Source of the DNA: Paracoccaceae bacterium
GTDB lineage: Bacteria; Pseudomonadota; Alphaproteobacteria; Rhodobacterales; Rhodobacteraceae
Length of the DNA stretch: 64,000 bases
Assembly: GCA_027492585.1 (NCBI GenBank)
Contig: JAPUEK010000054.1
Coordinates: 3,485-67,484 of the forward strand
Reading direction: 5' to 3'
Part shown: piece after piece, positions 1 through 9,848 of the stretch
Layout of the letters: each line of letters starts with the position of its first letter
How positions within the stretch are numbered: position 1 is the first letter of the stretch
The notes under the pieces: generated by a model
Database searches by the model: none
The model's input: the letters and a program-made list of their open reading frames with translations, nothing else
What the model was told of the DNA's origin: nothing
Position numbers and translations under genes: made by a program

Positions 1-3000
1 TCGAGGGTCTGCCGCTGACCGCAGTTCTTCTGCGTCCCGATGGTGTGGAATACTCACGTCAGCTCGTTGCCGATGGCGGGGCAGGGGGGCATGTCTTCGA
101 TCTGCCGATCGCCGGTTCCGCCCCGCGCGGCGTCTGGCGTCTGGAGGTCTTTGCCGATCCGAATGCGGCGGCCCTGACCTCTGGCACCTTCCTTGTCGAG
201 GACTTCCTGCCGGAGCGGATCGACTTTGATCTGGCGCTTGACGAGGCGCCGATCCATCTCGGCGATGCGCCGCTTCTCTCCATCGACGCGCGCTATCTTT
301 TCGGCGCGCCGGGGGCGGATCTTGCCATCGAGGGTGAAGTCCTGCTGAGCTCCGCGAAAGAGGTCGCGGGCTGGCCGGGGTATGTCTTTGGCCTTTATGA
401 CCAGCCCTTCTCCTCGGTGATGGACAGCCTGCCGGGCGGGCAGACTGATGCCGACGGCAAGGCGCAGATCGAACTGGCGATGCCGCAGGTCGAGGACCCC
501 GGCCGCCCGCTGCAGATGCGCGCCACGGTGCGGGTCGCGGAAGGCTCCGGCCGTCCGGTGGAGCGGCGTATCACCCGGCTCCTCGCCCCTTCCATGCCGG
601 TGATCGGCGTGAAGCCGATGTTCGACGGCGTGGTCGGCGAAGGCAGCGAAGCGCGGTTCAACCTTGTGGGCCTTGATGCCGACACCAAGGCCACCGCGAT
701 GAAAGTCCATTGGGAAGTCACGCGGGTCGAGACGAATTACCAATGGTATCAAAGCTACGGCAACTGGGATTGGGAGCCGGTCTACACCCGCACCCGCGTT
801 GCCGAAGGCGACAGCGATCTGGGCGCCGCTCCGGTCGAAATCGCGGCTGCCGTGCAATGGGGCCAGTATGAGCTGAAGGTCACGCGCACCGATGGCGAGG
901 CGGGCTCGGTTTCCACGAACTTCTATGCCGGCTGGTATGCGCCTGCCGATACGACGACGACCCCCGACACGCTGGAGCTTTCGCTCGACAAGAAGGCCTA
1001 CAAGCCCGGCGAGACGGCGATGCTGCGCGTGGTGCCGCGGGCGGCGGGAACGGCTCTGGTGACGGTGCTGTCGAACCGTGTCGTGGCCATGCAGGCGGTC
1101 GAGGTGAAGGAGGGCGAGAACCTCATCCCCCTGACCGTCACCGACGAATGGGGTGCGGGCGTCTATGTGACGGCCTCGGTCCTGCGGCCGATGGATGTGG
1201 CGGCGGGGCGCAATCCGGCGCGGCAGCTTGGCCTGACCCATGCCGCCATCGACCCCGGCACGCGGGCGCTCAAGGCGACGGTGGAAACCGCCGCCGAGGC
1301 TGCGCCCCGCGGTCCGCTGGAGGTGGCCGTCAAGGTCGAGGGCGTGGAGCCGGGCGACACCGCCTATGCCACCATCGCTGCTGTCGATGTCGGCATCCTC
1401 AACCTCACCGGCTTTGCCGCGCCTGATCCGCAGGGCTATTACTTCGGTCAGCGCAAGCTCGGCGTCGGCATCCGTGACGTTTATGGCCGTCTGATCGACG
1501 GGCTGAACGGCGCCGAAGGGCAAGTCCGCTCCGGCGGTGACGCAGGGGCGCAGGCGCGCCTGCAAGCCCCGCCGCCCACGGAGGAACTGGTCGCCTATTT
1601 CTCCGGCCCGGTCGAGGTCGGGGCGGATGGCTATGCGCGGGCCAGCTTCAACCTGCCGTCCTTCAACGGCACGGTGAAGGTGATGGCGGTCGTCTGGTCC
1701 AAGCGCGGGGTCGGGCAGGCCAATGCCGATGTGCTCGTCCGCGATCCCGTGGTGGTGACGGCCAGCCTGCCGCGCTTCCTGTCGCCGGGCGACGAAAGCC
1801 GGCTCCTGCTGGAAATCGTCCACGCCACCGGACCTTCCGGACGGATGGGGCTGGATGTCTCCTCCACCGGGCTGACGATCGGCGACGTTCCGTCGGGCTT
1901 CGATCTGGGCGACAAGGCCAAGGTGGTCTTCGCCGTGCCGGTCAAGGCCGGGGAGATCGGCAACCAGACCATCGACGTGGCCCTGACCACGCCGGACGGC
2001 AAGGTGCTGAAGAAGACGCTGACGGTGCCGGTGCAGGTCAACGACCCGCAGGTGGTGCGCGTCAGCCGCCTGACGCTGGCCAAGGGGCAGGAATTCACCT
2101 TTGACCAGAACGCCTTCGACGGGCTGATCCCCGGCTCCGGCAAGGCGACGATGGCGGTCGGCCCGATTGCCCGGCTCAATGCGCCGGGGATTCTGGCCGC
2201 CCTCGACCGCTACCCCTACGGCTGCACGGAGCAGATGACCTCCAAGGCTCTGCCGCTGCTTTACTTCAACGACATGGCCGTGGCTCTGGATCTTCCGCAG
2301 GCGGGGGATATCCGCAAGCGGGTGAACGAGACGATCACCGAGATCCTGACCAACCAGTCCTCCAGCGGCTCCTTCGGGCTTTGGGGGCCGTCGAGCGGCG
2401 ACATGTGGCTTGATGCCTTTGTCACCGACTTCCTGAGCCGGGCGAAGGCGCGCGGCTTCGAGGTCCCGGATCTGGCCTTGCGTCAGGCGCTCGACAACCT
2501 CCGCAATCAGGTCAACTATCAGGCCGATTTCGACCATGGCGGGGAGGCTCTGGCCTATGCGCTGATGGTGCTGGCCCGCGAAGGGGCGGCTGCGGTGGGC
2601 GATCTGCGCTACTATGCCGATGTGAAGGGCGATGCCTTTTCCACCCCGACGGCCATGGCGCAGCTCGGGGCGGCGCTTGCCTCCTACGGCGACCAGCCGC
2701 GGGCGGATGCGATGTTCCGCCGGGCGGCAGCGGCGCTTGGCACGATGAAAGGCCCGGAGACGGAACAGATCTTCCGCGCCGACTACGGCACCAACTACCG
2801 CGATGCGGCGGCGGTGCTGGCGCTTGCGGCGGAATCCGGCTCTGCCGTCATCGACAAGGAGGCGCTGACCAGCCGCATCTCCACCACTTCGGCGCTGTCC
2901 ACGCAGGAGGCGACATGGGCGCTTCTGGCGGCCAATGCGCTGATCGACCGGGCCGGGGCAGAGGGCATCACCATCGACGGGGCGCCTGCCTCCGGTCCGC

Positions 3001-3554
3001 TGGTGAAAGTGCTGGACGGCACGGTGACCACGCCGGTTGTCGTGGCCAACACCAGCAATGCCGATACCACGCTGACCATCACCAGCTATGGTGTGCCGAC
3101 CAATCCGGAACCGGCGGGCGGCACCGGCTATGCGATCGCCCGCAGCTACTACACGATGGAGGGGGAGCCTGTGACCCTCGACGCCGTGAAGGTCGGGGAG
3201 CGGTTCATCACCGTGCTGGAGGTCACCCCCTTCGGCCGTGGCGAGGCCCGGCTCATCGTGGCCGATCCGCTGCCTGCCGGCTTCGAGATCGACAACCCGA
3301 ACCTGCTTGCGGGTGGAACGGTTCCGGCCCTTGAGGATCTGGGGCTGGAGACAGAGGTGGCCCATAGCGAGTTCCGTCAGGACCGCTTCCTGACCGCCAT
3401 CGACCGCAACGGCAATGCGCCCTTCAAGCTGGCCTATGTGGTCCGCGCCGTCTCGCCGGGGGTGTTCCATCATCCCGCCGCTTCGGTCGAGGACATGTAT
3501 CGGCCCGACCTCACCGGCCGGTCCGAAACAGGCACGCTGACCATCTCCGAGTGA
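1..3554 (+). CDS. alpha-2-macroglobulin family protein (bacterial A2M, YfhM-like), 5' end cut by window edge
   Basis: Frame is open from nt 3; the track ORF at 45 starts at an internal GTG. Thioester motif CTEQ is encoded at 2223-2234 in the context YPYGCTEQMTSKALPLL. pbpC follows 14 nt downstream, the classic A2M-PbpC pairing. Confidence 0.9.
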   Translation, partial: EGLPLTAVLLRPDGVEYSRQLVADGGAGGHVFDLPIAGSAPRGVWRLEVFADPNAAALTSGTFLVEDFLPERIDFDLALDEAPIHLGDAPLLSIDARYLFGAPGADLAIEGEVLLSSAKEVAGWPGYVFGLYDQPFSSVMDSLPGGQTDADGKAQIELAMPQVEDPGRPLQMRATVRVAEGSGRPVERRITRLLAPSMPVIGVKPMFDGVVGEGSEARFNLVGLDADTKATAMKVHWEVTRVETNYQWYQSYGNWDWEPVYTRTRVAEGDSDLGAAPVEIAAAVQWGQYELKVTRTDGEAGSVSTNFYAGWYAPADTTTTPDTLELSLDKKAYKPGETAMLRVVPRAAGTALVTVLSNRVVAMQAVEVKEGENLIPLTVTDEWGAGVYVTASVLRPMDVAAGRNPARQLGLTHAAIDPGTRALKATVETAAEAAPRGPLEVAVKVEGVEPGDTAYATIAAVDVGILNLTGFAAPDPQGYYFGQRKLGVGIRDVYGRLIDGLNGAEGQVRSGGDAGAQARLQAPPPTEELVAYFSGPVEVGADGYARASFNLPSFNGTVKVMAVVWSKRGVGQANADVLVRDPVVVTASLPRFLSPGDESRLLLEIVHATGPSGRMGLDVSSTGLTIGDVPSGFDLGDKAKVVFAVPVKAGEIGNQTIDVALTTPDGKVLKKTLTVPVQVNDPQVVRVSRLTLAKGQEFTFDQNAFDGLIPGSGKATMAVGPIARLNAPGILAALDRYPYGCTEQMTSKALPLLYFNDMAVALDLPQAGDIRKRVNETITEILTNQSSSGSFGLWGPSSGDMWLDAFVTDFLSRAKARGFEVPDLALRQALDNLRNQVNYQADFDHGGEALAYALMVLAREGAAAVGDLRYYADVKGDAFSTPTAMAQLGAALASYGDQPRADAMFRRAAAALGTMKGPETEQIFRADYGTNYRDAAAVLALAAESGSAVIDKEALTSRISTTSALSTQEATWALLAANALIDRAGAEGITIDGAPASGPLVKVLDGTVTTPVVVANTSNADTTLTITSYGVPTNPEPAGGTGYAIARSYYTMEGEPVTLDAVKVGERFITVLEVTPFGRGEARLIVADPLPAGFEIDNPNLLAGGTVPALEDLGLETEVAHSEFRQDRFLTAIDRNGNAPFKLAYVVRAVSPGVFHHPAASVEDMYRPDLTGRSETGTLTISE

Positions 3555-3567
3555 TGGGCTCCGGCTG

Positions 3568-5607
3568 ATGCGTGCGGGGCGGGTTTTTGCTTTGGCGGCG
3601 GGCCTTTGGCTCGCCGCCTTTGCACGGGATGAGGTGGATCTCTGGATCGACGCCACCGAGCTGCCGCCCCTCCTCGTCAGCACCTCGGTCGAGGTGCTGG
3701 ACCGCGACGGCGACCTTCTGCGCGCCTATACGGTCGCCGATGGCCGCTGGCGTCTGGCGGTCACGCCGGATCAGGTGGACCCCGGCTTCACCGCCGCCCT
3801 GCTCGCCTATGAGGACAAGCGCTTCTACGACCACGGCGGCGTCGATGCGCGGGCGCTGATGCGGGCTTTCGCGCAGGCGGTCTGGAACGGGCGGGTGGTC
3901 TCCGGCGGCTCCACCCTGACCATGCAGGTCGCGCGGCTGCTGGAGGAAAGCGGGACCGGCAAGGTCGCGGGCAAGCTCCGTCAGATGCGGGTGGCTCTAG
4001 CTCTGGAACGGCGGCTGTCGAAGGCGGAGATTCTGGAGCTTTATCTGCTGCTTGCCCCCTATGGCGGCAATCTGGAGGGTATCCGCGCCGCCACCCTGTC
4101 CTATTTCGGCAAGGAGCCGCGGCGCCTCACTCCGGCACAGATCGCGCTGTTGGTGGCCATTCCGCAAAGCCCCGAAAGCCGCCGCCCGGACCGCTCCGTG
4201 GCCCGCGCCACCGATGCCCGCGACCGGGTTCTGGCGCGGGCAGAGCGTGACGGGCTGATCGACAAGGGCGAGGCGGAGGCGGCACGAAGAGAGGTCGTGC
4301 CGGGAAAACGCAAGGCTTTTCCTGCGCTTGCCCCGCATATCTCCGACCGCGCCCGGAAGGAAAGCCCGACCGCCCCCCGTCTGCAACTGACGCTTGACCG
4401 CGATCTGCAAACCGCGCTCGAAAGCCTCGCCGCCACCGTGGTTTCCGGCCAGGGGGAGCGGCTTCAGGTCGCCCTCGTGGTCGCTGATCACCAGAGCGGA
4501 GAGATCCTCGCCTCCGTCGGCTCCGCCGCTTTCAAGGCGGATCAGCGGGCCGGTTTCGTCGATATGACCCAGGCGCTGCGAAGCCCCGGATCGACGCTGA
4601 AACCGCTGATCTACGGCCTCGCCTTCGATGAGGGGCTGGCCCATCCCGAGACGCAGATCGAGGATAAACCGAGCGATTTCAATGGCTACCGTCCGCAGAA
4701 CTTCGACCGGCACTATCGTGGCACGATCCGGGTGCGCGAGGCGCTGCAACAATCTCTCAACATCCCGGTTGTGGCGCTGACCGAGGCGCTCGGGCCGTCG
4801 AAACTGCTCGCCGCGCTCGACAAGGCACGGGTGCGCTATGTGGTGCCGGGGGGGCAGCCGGGGCTGGCGATCTCGCTCGGCGGGATCGGGGTGACCTTGC
4901 AGGATATGGTGCAGCTCTATACCGCCATCGCAAGGGGCGGGGTGGTGCAACCCCTGAGCTATCGCATGGGTGAGGTGCCGGAGGAGGGTCAGCGGCTCCT
5001 GCTGCCGGCAAGCGCCTGGATGGTGGGCGACATCCTTGCCGGTCTCGCGCCGCCGCCGGGGGCGCCGCAGAACCGGCTCGCCTACAAGACCGGGACGAGC
5101 TACGGCCACCGCGATGCCTGGGCGATCGGCTTCGACGGGCGGCATGTGATCGGGGTCTGGATGGGCCGCCCGGACGGGACGCCGGTGCCGGGCGCCTTCG
5201 GAGCGGATCTGGCGGCGCCTGTACTTTTTCAAGCCTTTGCGCGACTGAAACCGCAACTGACGCCGCAACCACCGCCTCCTGCGGCGACGCTTCTCGTTTC
5301 AAACGCGCAACTGCCGAAACCCCTGCAGCAGTTCCGCTCCCGCTCCGCCGCCTTCGAGGCGGCAAAGGACGCCCCCTCCGTCGCCTTCCCCCCCGATGGC
5401 GCGGAGGTGGAGCTGCTGCCGGAAGGGCTTCTCGTGCGGGTGGAGGGCGGCAAGGCCCCCTATACCTGGATGGCCAATGGCGTGCCGGTGGCGGTGAGCC
5501 TGCGAGACCGGGCCGTGATGCTGACCGACCTCGGCAAGGGCTTTCTCACCCTGTCAGTGATCGATGCGGAGGGGCGGTCTGCCCGCTCTGCGGTCCGGCT
5601 GCGCTAA
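3568..5607 (+). CDS. pbpC: penicillin-binding protein 1C (bifunctional glycosyltransferase/transpeptidase)
   Basis: 679 aa. N-terminal GT51-like region (EDKRFYDHGGVD, GGSTLTMQ). Transpeptidase motifs (STLKP, KTGTS). C-terminal PbpC-type domain. Sits directly after the A2M gene. Confidence 0.9.
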   Translation: MRAGRVFALAAGLWLAAFARDEVDLWIDATELPPLLVSTSVEVLDRDGDLLRAYTVADGRWRLAVTPDQVDPGFTAALLAYEDKRFYDHGGVDARALMRAFAQAVWNGRVVSGGSTLTMQVARLLEESGTGKVAGKLRQMRVALALERRLSKAEILELYLLLAPYGGNLEGIRAATLSYFGKEPRRLTPAQIALLVAIPQSPESRRPDRSVARATDARDRVLARAERDGLIDKGEAEAARREVVPGKRKAFPALAPHISDRARKESPTAPRLQLTLDRDLQTALESLAATVVSGQGERLQVALVVADHQSGEILASVGSAAFKADQRAGFVDMTQALRSPGSTLKPLIYGLAFDEGLAHPETQIEDKPSDFNGYRPQNFDRHYRGTIRVREALQQSLNIPVVALTEALGPSKLLAALDKARVRYVVPGGQPGLAISLGGIGVTLQDMVQLYTAIARGGVVQPLSYRMGEVPEEGQRLLLPASAWMVGDILAGLAPPPGAPQNRLAYKTGTSYGHRDAWAIGFDGRHVIGVWMGRPDGTPVPGAFGADLAAPVLFQAFARLKPQLTPQPPPPAATLLVSNAQLPKPLQQFRSRSAAFEAAKDAPSVAFPPDGAEVELLPEGLLVRVEGGKAPYTWMANGVPVAVSLRDRAVMLTDLGKGFLTLSVIDAEGRSARSAVRLR

Positions 5608-5785
5608 GCCCTTGCGTCCGCTGGCTTAATCTGCGCCAAGTTCGGTTTCACCCCATATGTTCTGCGTCTTCGCACCGTCTTTTTCCCGTATGCGACCTGT
5701 ATGTACATCGTAGGGACAGCGGGAGACGGATGCCGGATTAACCGGTTTGCGCGACATGGGGCGAACCGCCCTTGCGGCTGGCTCC

Positions 5786-5862
5786 GGAACGCTCCGCGGG
5801 GGATATTTGAGAAGAGAAGAAAGCCCTTTCATACTGGCTCAAATATCCCCGCCGGAGGCTTC
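5786..5862 (+). repeat. Family A intergenic nested-hairpin repeat, copy A1 (full)
   Basis: ggaacgctccgcgggggatatttgag-aagagaagaaagccctttcatactgg-ctcaaatatccccgccggaggcttc. The arms GGGGATATTTGAG and CTCAAATATCCCC are complementary. Near-identical to the copies at 16501, 25726 (rc) and 34920 (rc). Confidence 0.9.
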
Positions 5863-5866
5863 TCCC

Positions 5867-6631
5867 TCACGACCCGAGCGCCTGCCAGATCAGGCGCAGC
5901 GCCAGCGCGGTGGAGGTCACGACGAGGAGCGGCTTGATCAGCCGCGCCCCGATCCGCAGAGCGAGCCGCGCACCCAGGGCGGCGCCTGCCGCCTGACCCA
6001 GGGCCATCGCCAGACCCGTCGCCCACCAGGTCGCGCCGGAGAAGGCGAAGACCGCGAGGCTGCCGAGGTTCGAGGCGAAGTTAAGCATCTTGGTATGGGC
6101 TGTCGCCTTCAGCACGCCGAAGCCCGCCAGCATCACGAAGGCTAGCATGAAGAAGCTGCCCGTTCCCGGCCCGAAGAAGCCGTCATAGCCGGCGGTCAGC
6201 GGGACGGCGGTGAAGGTGAAGGCGACGGGACCGAGGCGCTGCGCCCGCGCCTCGTCGGTCAGGCCCGGCTTCAGCGCGAAGAAGAGCGCCACCCCCACCA
6301 GCACCACCGGCATGATCAGCCGCAGGGCCTCGGCCGGCACGGCATGGGCGACCAGCGCGCCCGCCGCCCCGGCCAGCGCAGACACCGCCGCCATGCCGAT
6401 CTGTTCGCGCGGCCGCACCTGCCCGGCGCGCGCATAGGCCAGCACCGCGGTTCCCGAGCCGAAGCTGCCCTGGAGCTTGTTCGTCGCCAGGGCCTCCAGC
6501 GGAGAGGCGCCGGCGAGCAGCAGCACCGGCACGGTGATCAGCCCGCCGCCGCCCGCGATCGCATCGACAAAGCCCGCGACAAAAGCCGCGAGCACCAGCA
6601 GCAGCGCAAGATGGGTGGCGATTTCAAACAT
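5867..6631 (-). CDS. TSUP/TauE-SafE family anion exporter membrane protein
   Basis: 254 aa, polytopic and Gly/Ala/Leu-rich. N-terminal signature FVAGFVDAIAGGGGLITVPVLLL is typical of DUF81/TauE. Confidence 0.8.
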   Translation of the reverse strand: MFEIATHLALLLVLAAFVAGFVDAIAGGGGLITVPVLLLAGASPLEALATNKLQGSFGSGTAVLAYARAGQVRPREQIGMAAVSALAGAAGALVAHAVPAEALRLIMPVVLVGVALFFALKPGLTDEARAQRLGPVAFTFTAVPLTAGYDGFFGPGTGSFFMLAFVMLAGFGVLKATAHTKMLNFASNLGSLAVFAFSGATWWATGLAMALGQAAGAALGARLALRIGARLIKPLLVVTSTALALRLIWQALGS

Positions 6632-6710
6632 GGGCTCTCCTGTCGCTCCTCGCCGTTGTCGGGGGCGGCTCCGGCATTGTAAAGTCCCCGCGAAGCTTCA
6701 GGAGAGTGCC

Positions 6711-7175
6711 ATGCCGCCCCGCCCCTTCCGCGCCGAGGAGCCCTACGACTGGGAGGGGCTTCTGGCCCTGATCCGCAGCGAATTCGCCTATATGGACGGG
6801 CGCATCGACCCGCCGTCCTCCATGCACCGCCTGACCGCCGGGGACCTCGCCCGGCAGGCGGAGGAGGGCGAGATCTGGGTGATTGGCGCGCCGGCGCAAG
6901 CCTGCGTCGTTCTCACTCCGAAGAAGGATGCGCTTTACATCGGCAAGCTTGCGGTGGCCGGCGCGCAGCGCGGCAAGGGTCTTGCCCGCGCCCTTGTCGA
7001 GCGCGCCGAGGAGCGGGCGCGGATGCTCGGCTACCGCGAGGTGGAATTGCAGGTCCGGGTGGAGCTGGTCGAGAACCAGCAGGCCTTCGCCGCTCTCGGC
7101 TTCCGGCAGGTCGCGGCCACCGCGCATCCGGGGTATAGCCGCCCGACCTCGCTGACCTTCCGCAAGACCGTCTGA
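6711..7175 (+). CDS. GNAT family N-acetyltransferase
   Basis: ATG at 6711 is preceded by GGAGAG. The acetyl-CoA binding-like segment LAVAGAQRGKGLARALV is present. The upstream part of track ORF 6477.. is Ala/Ser/Pro-rich low complexity and overlaps the TauE gene in antisense. Confidence 0.75.
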   Translation: MPPRPFRAEEPYDWEGLLALIRSEFAYMDGRIDPPSSMHRLTAGDLARQAEEGEIWVIGAPAQACVVLTPKKDALYIGKLAVAGAQRGKGLARALVERAEERARMLGYREVELQVRVELVENQQAFAALGFRQVAATAHPGYSRPTSLTFRKTV

Positions 7176-7187
7176 CCCGGAGACCCG

Positions 7188-7739
7188 ATGGACCCGATTC
7201 TTCTGACCATTTCCGGCGCCCTGCGCGCCGCCTCCACCAACCGCAAGCTGCTGGTGGAGGTGCGCCGTCTCTTCGGCCCGCACCGCCATGTCGAGGCCGA
7301 TCTGCGGCTGCCGCTTTATGACGGCGATCTGGAGGACCTGGGCATTCCTGCCGAAGTGCAGACCCTTGCCGACCAGATCGCGGCGGCGGATGCGGTGGTG
7401 ATCTCTACCCCTGAATACAACAAGGCGCTCTCCGGCGTGCTGAAGAACGCGCTCGACTGGGTGAGCCGCACCAAGGGCAATCCCTGGCGCGACAAGCCGG
7501 TGGCCATCGTCTCGGCGGCGGGGGGCCGCGCGGGGGGAGAGCGGTCGCAGTATTCGCTGCGGCTCTGCCTGAACCCCTTCCGCCCGCGGCTTCTGCCGGG
7601 GCCGGAGGTTTTCGTCGCCAATTCCGGCGAGGCCTTCGATGCGGAGGGACGGCTGATCAACCCCCGGGCCGTCAAGGGGCTGGAGGAGCTGCTGACGCTT
7701 CTGCGGGCGGAAATCGCCCTCGCGGCGCAGGGCAGTTGA
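7188..7739 (+). CDS. NAD(P)H-dependent FMN reductase family oxidoreductase
   Basis: 183 aa. Signature ISGALRAASTNRKLL ... VISTPEYNKALSGVLKNALDW is typical of the FMN_red family. Confidence 0.8.
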   Translation: MDPILLTISGALRAASTNRKLLVEVRRLFGPHRHVEADLRLPLYDGDLEDLGIPAEVQTLADQIAAADAVVISTPEYNKALSGVLKNALDWVSRTKGNPWRDKPVAIVSAAGGRAGGERSQYSLRLCLNPFRPRLLPGPEVFVANSGEAFDAEGRLINPRAVKGLEELLTLLRAEIALAAQGS

Positions 7740-7777
7740 CCCCGGTCACAACCGGGGGCGAGGCCGACACGGCGTCC

Positions 7778-7871
7778 CTGCATTTTCTGTCGGAAAATAT
7801 CCTGCGGGGTTCGCCATCGGTTCAAGGGGCCGCTGGCACGGCGGAGGGGGCAAAACCCCTCCGGCGCTGCC
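7778..7871 (-). repeat. Family B intergenic repeat, copy B1 (long form, reverse orientation)
   Basis: Contains the hairpin ggaggggg-caaaa-cccctcc plus the ...gaaaatatcctgcgggg module. It is the reverse complement of the architecture seen at 22555 and 43565. Confidence 0.85.
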
Positions 7872-7902
7872 GAGGGGCGCAACGCAGGCCAACTGTCGGG
7901 AT

Positions 7903-8394
7903 CTAGGCCAGATAGGCGCGGAAGCTGCGGACGACGTCCTCATAGACCGCGCGCTTGAAGGGGACGATGGAGGCGACCATCTCCTCGGCGCCGATCCAGC
8001 ACCAGCTTGAGAATTCCGGGTGCTCGGTGGCGATGTTCACCTGATCGTCGCGGCCGAGATAGCGGAAGAGGAACCATTTCTGCCGCTGGCCCCGGTACTT
8101 GCCGCCCCAGACCTTGCCCAGCAGCTCGGGGGGCAGATCATAGGTCACCCAGCCATGGGTCTTGCCGATGAACGCGACAAGATCGGCGGTGACCCCGGTT
8201 TCCTCCCACAGCTCGCGCAGCGCGGCGGCGCGTGGTTTTTCGCCCTCGTCGATGCCACCCTGCGGCATCTGCCAGGCCGGCACCGGATTGTCGCGGCGCT
8301 GACCGGCAAAGATCCGGCCCTCGGCATTGATCAGCATGACCCCGACGCAGGGCCGATAGGGCAGCGAGGCGGGGTCGATCGGGGTGGCGGTCAT
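7903..8394 (-). CDS. rppH: RNA pyrophosphohydrolase (Nudix)
   Basis: 163 aa. Nudix box [24 protein letters not shown]-terminal [11 protein letters not shown] is typical of RppH. Confidence 0.9.
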   Translation of the reverse strand: MTATPIDPASLPYRPCVGVMLINAEGRIFAGQRRDNPVPAWQMPQGGIDEGEKPRAAALRELWEETGVTADLVAFIGKTHGWVTYDLPPELLGKVWGGKYRGQRQKWFLFRYLGRDDQVNIATEHPEFSSWCWIGAEEMVASIVPFKRAVYEDVVRSFRAYLA

Positions 8395-8494
8395 GGCGGC
8401 GGAGCCTCCCTGGCTCGATGGGCCGGCCTTGAGGAGCCGGCTTGAGGAACGGGGCCGCCCCTTGAAGGGCGGCCCCCATCTCCGTGTGATGCCC

Positions 8495-9841
8495 TCAGGG
8501 TTTCGGCGCCACGGCGTTCAGGCCGCGCAGGATGTCGATGGCATAGGCAAGCTGGTAATCCTCGTCGCGCAGCTTGGCCGCTTCCTCGGTGCGGGCGCGC
8601 TCTTCTTCCAGAAGCTTGCGCTCGTCCTCGGTCATCGAATCATTGGTGATCGCGCCGCGCAGATCGGCTTCGGAGCGCTGGTTCGCGCTTTCCTCCGCCG
8701 CCTTGGTCTCGGTGCCTTCCTTGGTCGGGTCCACGGCAGGCTGGTTCACCACGATATCGGGCATGACGCCGAGCGACTGGATCGACCGGCCCGAGGGCGT
8801 GTAATAGCGCGCCGTCGTCAGCCGCATCGCGCCTTCGCCCTTGAGCGGGATCAGCGTCTGGACAGAGCCTTTGCCGAAGCTCTTGGTGCCGACCACGATG
8901 GCGCGGCGATGATCCTGAAGCGCCCCGGCCACGATTTCCGATGCCGAAGCGGAGCCGCCGTTGATCAGCACCACGATCGGCTTGCCCTGTGCCAGATCCC
9001 CCGGCTCGGCATTGTAACGCTCACCATCGGAGGGGTTGCGGCCGCGGGTGGAGACGATCTCGCCCTTGTCGAGGAAAGCGTCGGAGACCTTGATCGCCTG
9101 GGTCAGGAGCCCGCCGGGGTTGTTCCGCAGGTCGATGACGAAGCCGTTGATCTTGTCGATGCCGCCGGCCTCGGTGATGGATTTCTTGATGCCTTCCTCA
9201 AGCCCCGGATAGGTCTGCTCGTTGAAGCCGGTGATCCGCAGCACCGCCGTATTGCCGACGAGCCGCGATTTCACCGCAACCGTCTTGATCGTGTCGCGGA
9301 TGATCGACACGTCGAACGGATCGGCCACGCCGTCGCGGACGACGGTGATGATGATCTCCGACCCGATCGGGCCGCGCATGAGATCCACGGCGGCGTCGAG
9401 CGTCAGCCCCTGCACCGATTCACCGTTGACCTTGGTGATGAAGTCGCCGGCCTTGATCCCGGCCTTGTCGGCAGGGGTGCCGTCCATCGGCGAGATGACC
9501 TTCACGAAGCCCTCTTCCTGCGTCACCTCGATGCCCAGCCCGCCGAATTCGCCCTTGGTCTGGGTCTGCATGTCGTCGAAATCGGAGGCGTTGAGATAGC
9601 TCGAATGGGGGTCGAGCGAGGTCAGCATTCCGTTGATCGCCGCCTCGATCAGCTTCTTGCTGTCCACTTCCTCGACATACTGGGCGCGGATGCGCTCGAA
9701 GATATCACCGAAAAGGTCGAGCTGTTCATAGACGCTGGCGTTCTTGGTCGCATCCTGCGCGATCATCGGCCCGGCGATCTGGGTGGTGACGAGCACCCCG
9801 GCCAGAGTACCGCCCAAGGCGGCTGCAAGGATCTTCTTCAT
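8495..9841 (-). CDS. ctpA: carboxy-terminal processing protease (S41 peptidase)
   Basis: 448 aa. Signal/anchor at the N-terminus, PDZ region (GLGIEV...), and S41 catalytic region ([17 protein letters not shown] ... GKGSVQT). Confidence 0.9.
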   Translation of the reverse strand: MKKILAAALGGTLAGVLVTTQIAGPMIAQDATKNASVYEQLDLFGDIFERIRAQYVEEVDSKKLIEAAINGMLTSLDPHSSYLNASDFDDMQTQTKGEFGGLGIEVTQEEGFVKVISPMDGTPADKAGIKAGDFITKVNGESVQGLTLDAAVDLMRGPIGSEIIITVVRDGVADPFDVSIIRDTIKTVAVKSRLVGNTAVLRITGFNEQTYPGLEEGIKKSITEAGGIDKINGFVIDLRNNPGGLLTQAIKVSDAFLDKGEIVSTRGRNPSDGERYNAEPGDLAQGKPIVVLINGGSASASEIVAGALQDHRRAIVVGTKSFGKGSVQTLIPLKGEGAMRLTTARYYTPSGRSIQSLGVMPDIVVNQPAVDPTKEGTETKAAEESANQRSEADLRGAITNDSMTEDERKLLEEERARTEEAAKLRDEDYQLAYAIDILRGLNAVAPKP

Positions 9842-9848
9842 CTGCCTG

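Noticed and set aside
54-3683. 1209-aa ORF on the minus strand spanning the A2M gene and the start of pbpC
   Set aside because: It is the mirror frame of a gene with clear family motifs. Its translation is Arg/Gly/Pro/His/Asp-rich low complexity with no recognisable domain. Long antisense ORFs are expected at this GC content.
5786-5862. Family A/B hairpins as canonical Rho-independent terminators
   Set aside because: None of the copies is followed by a U-tract in either orientation. I therefore report them as REP-like repeats, with termination or stabilisation only as a hypothesis.
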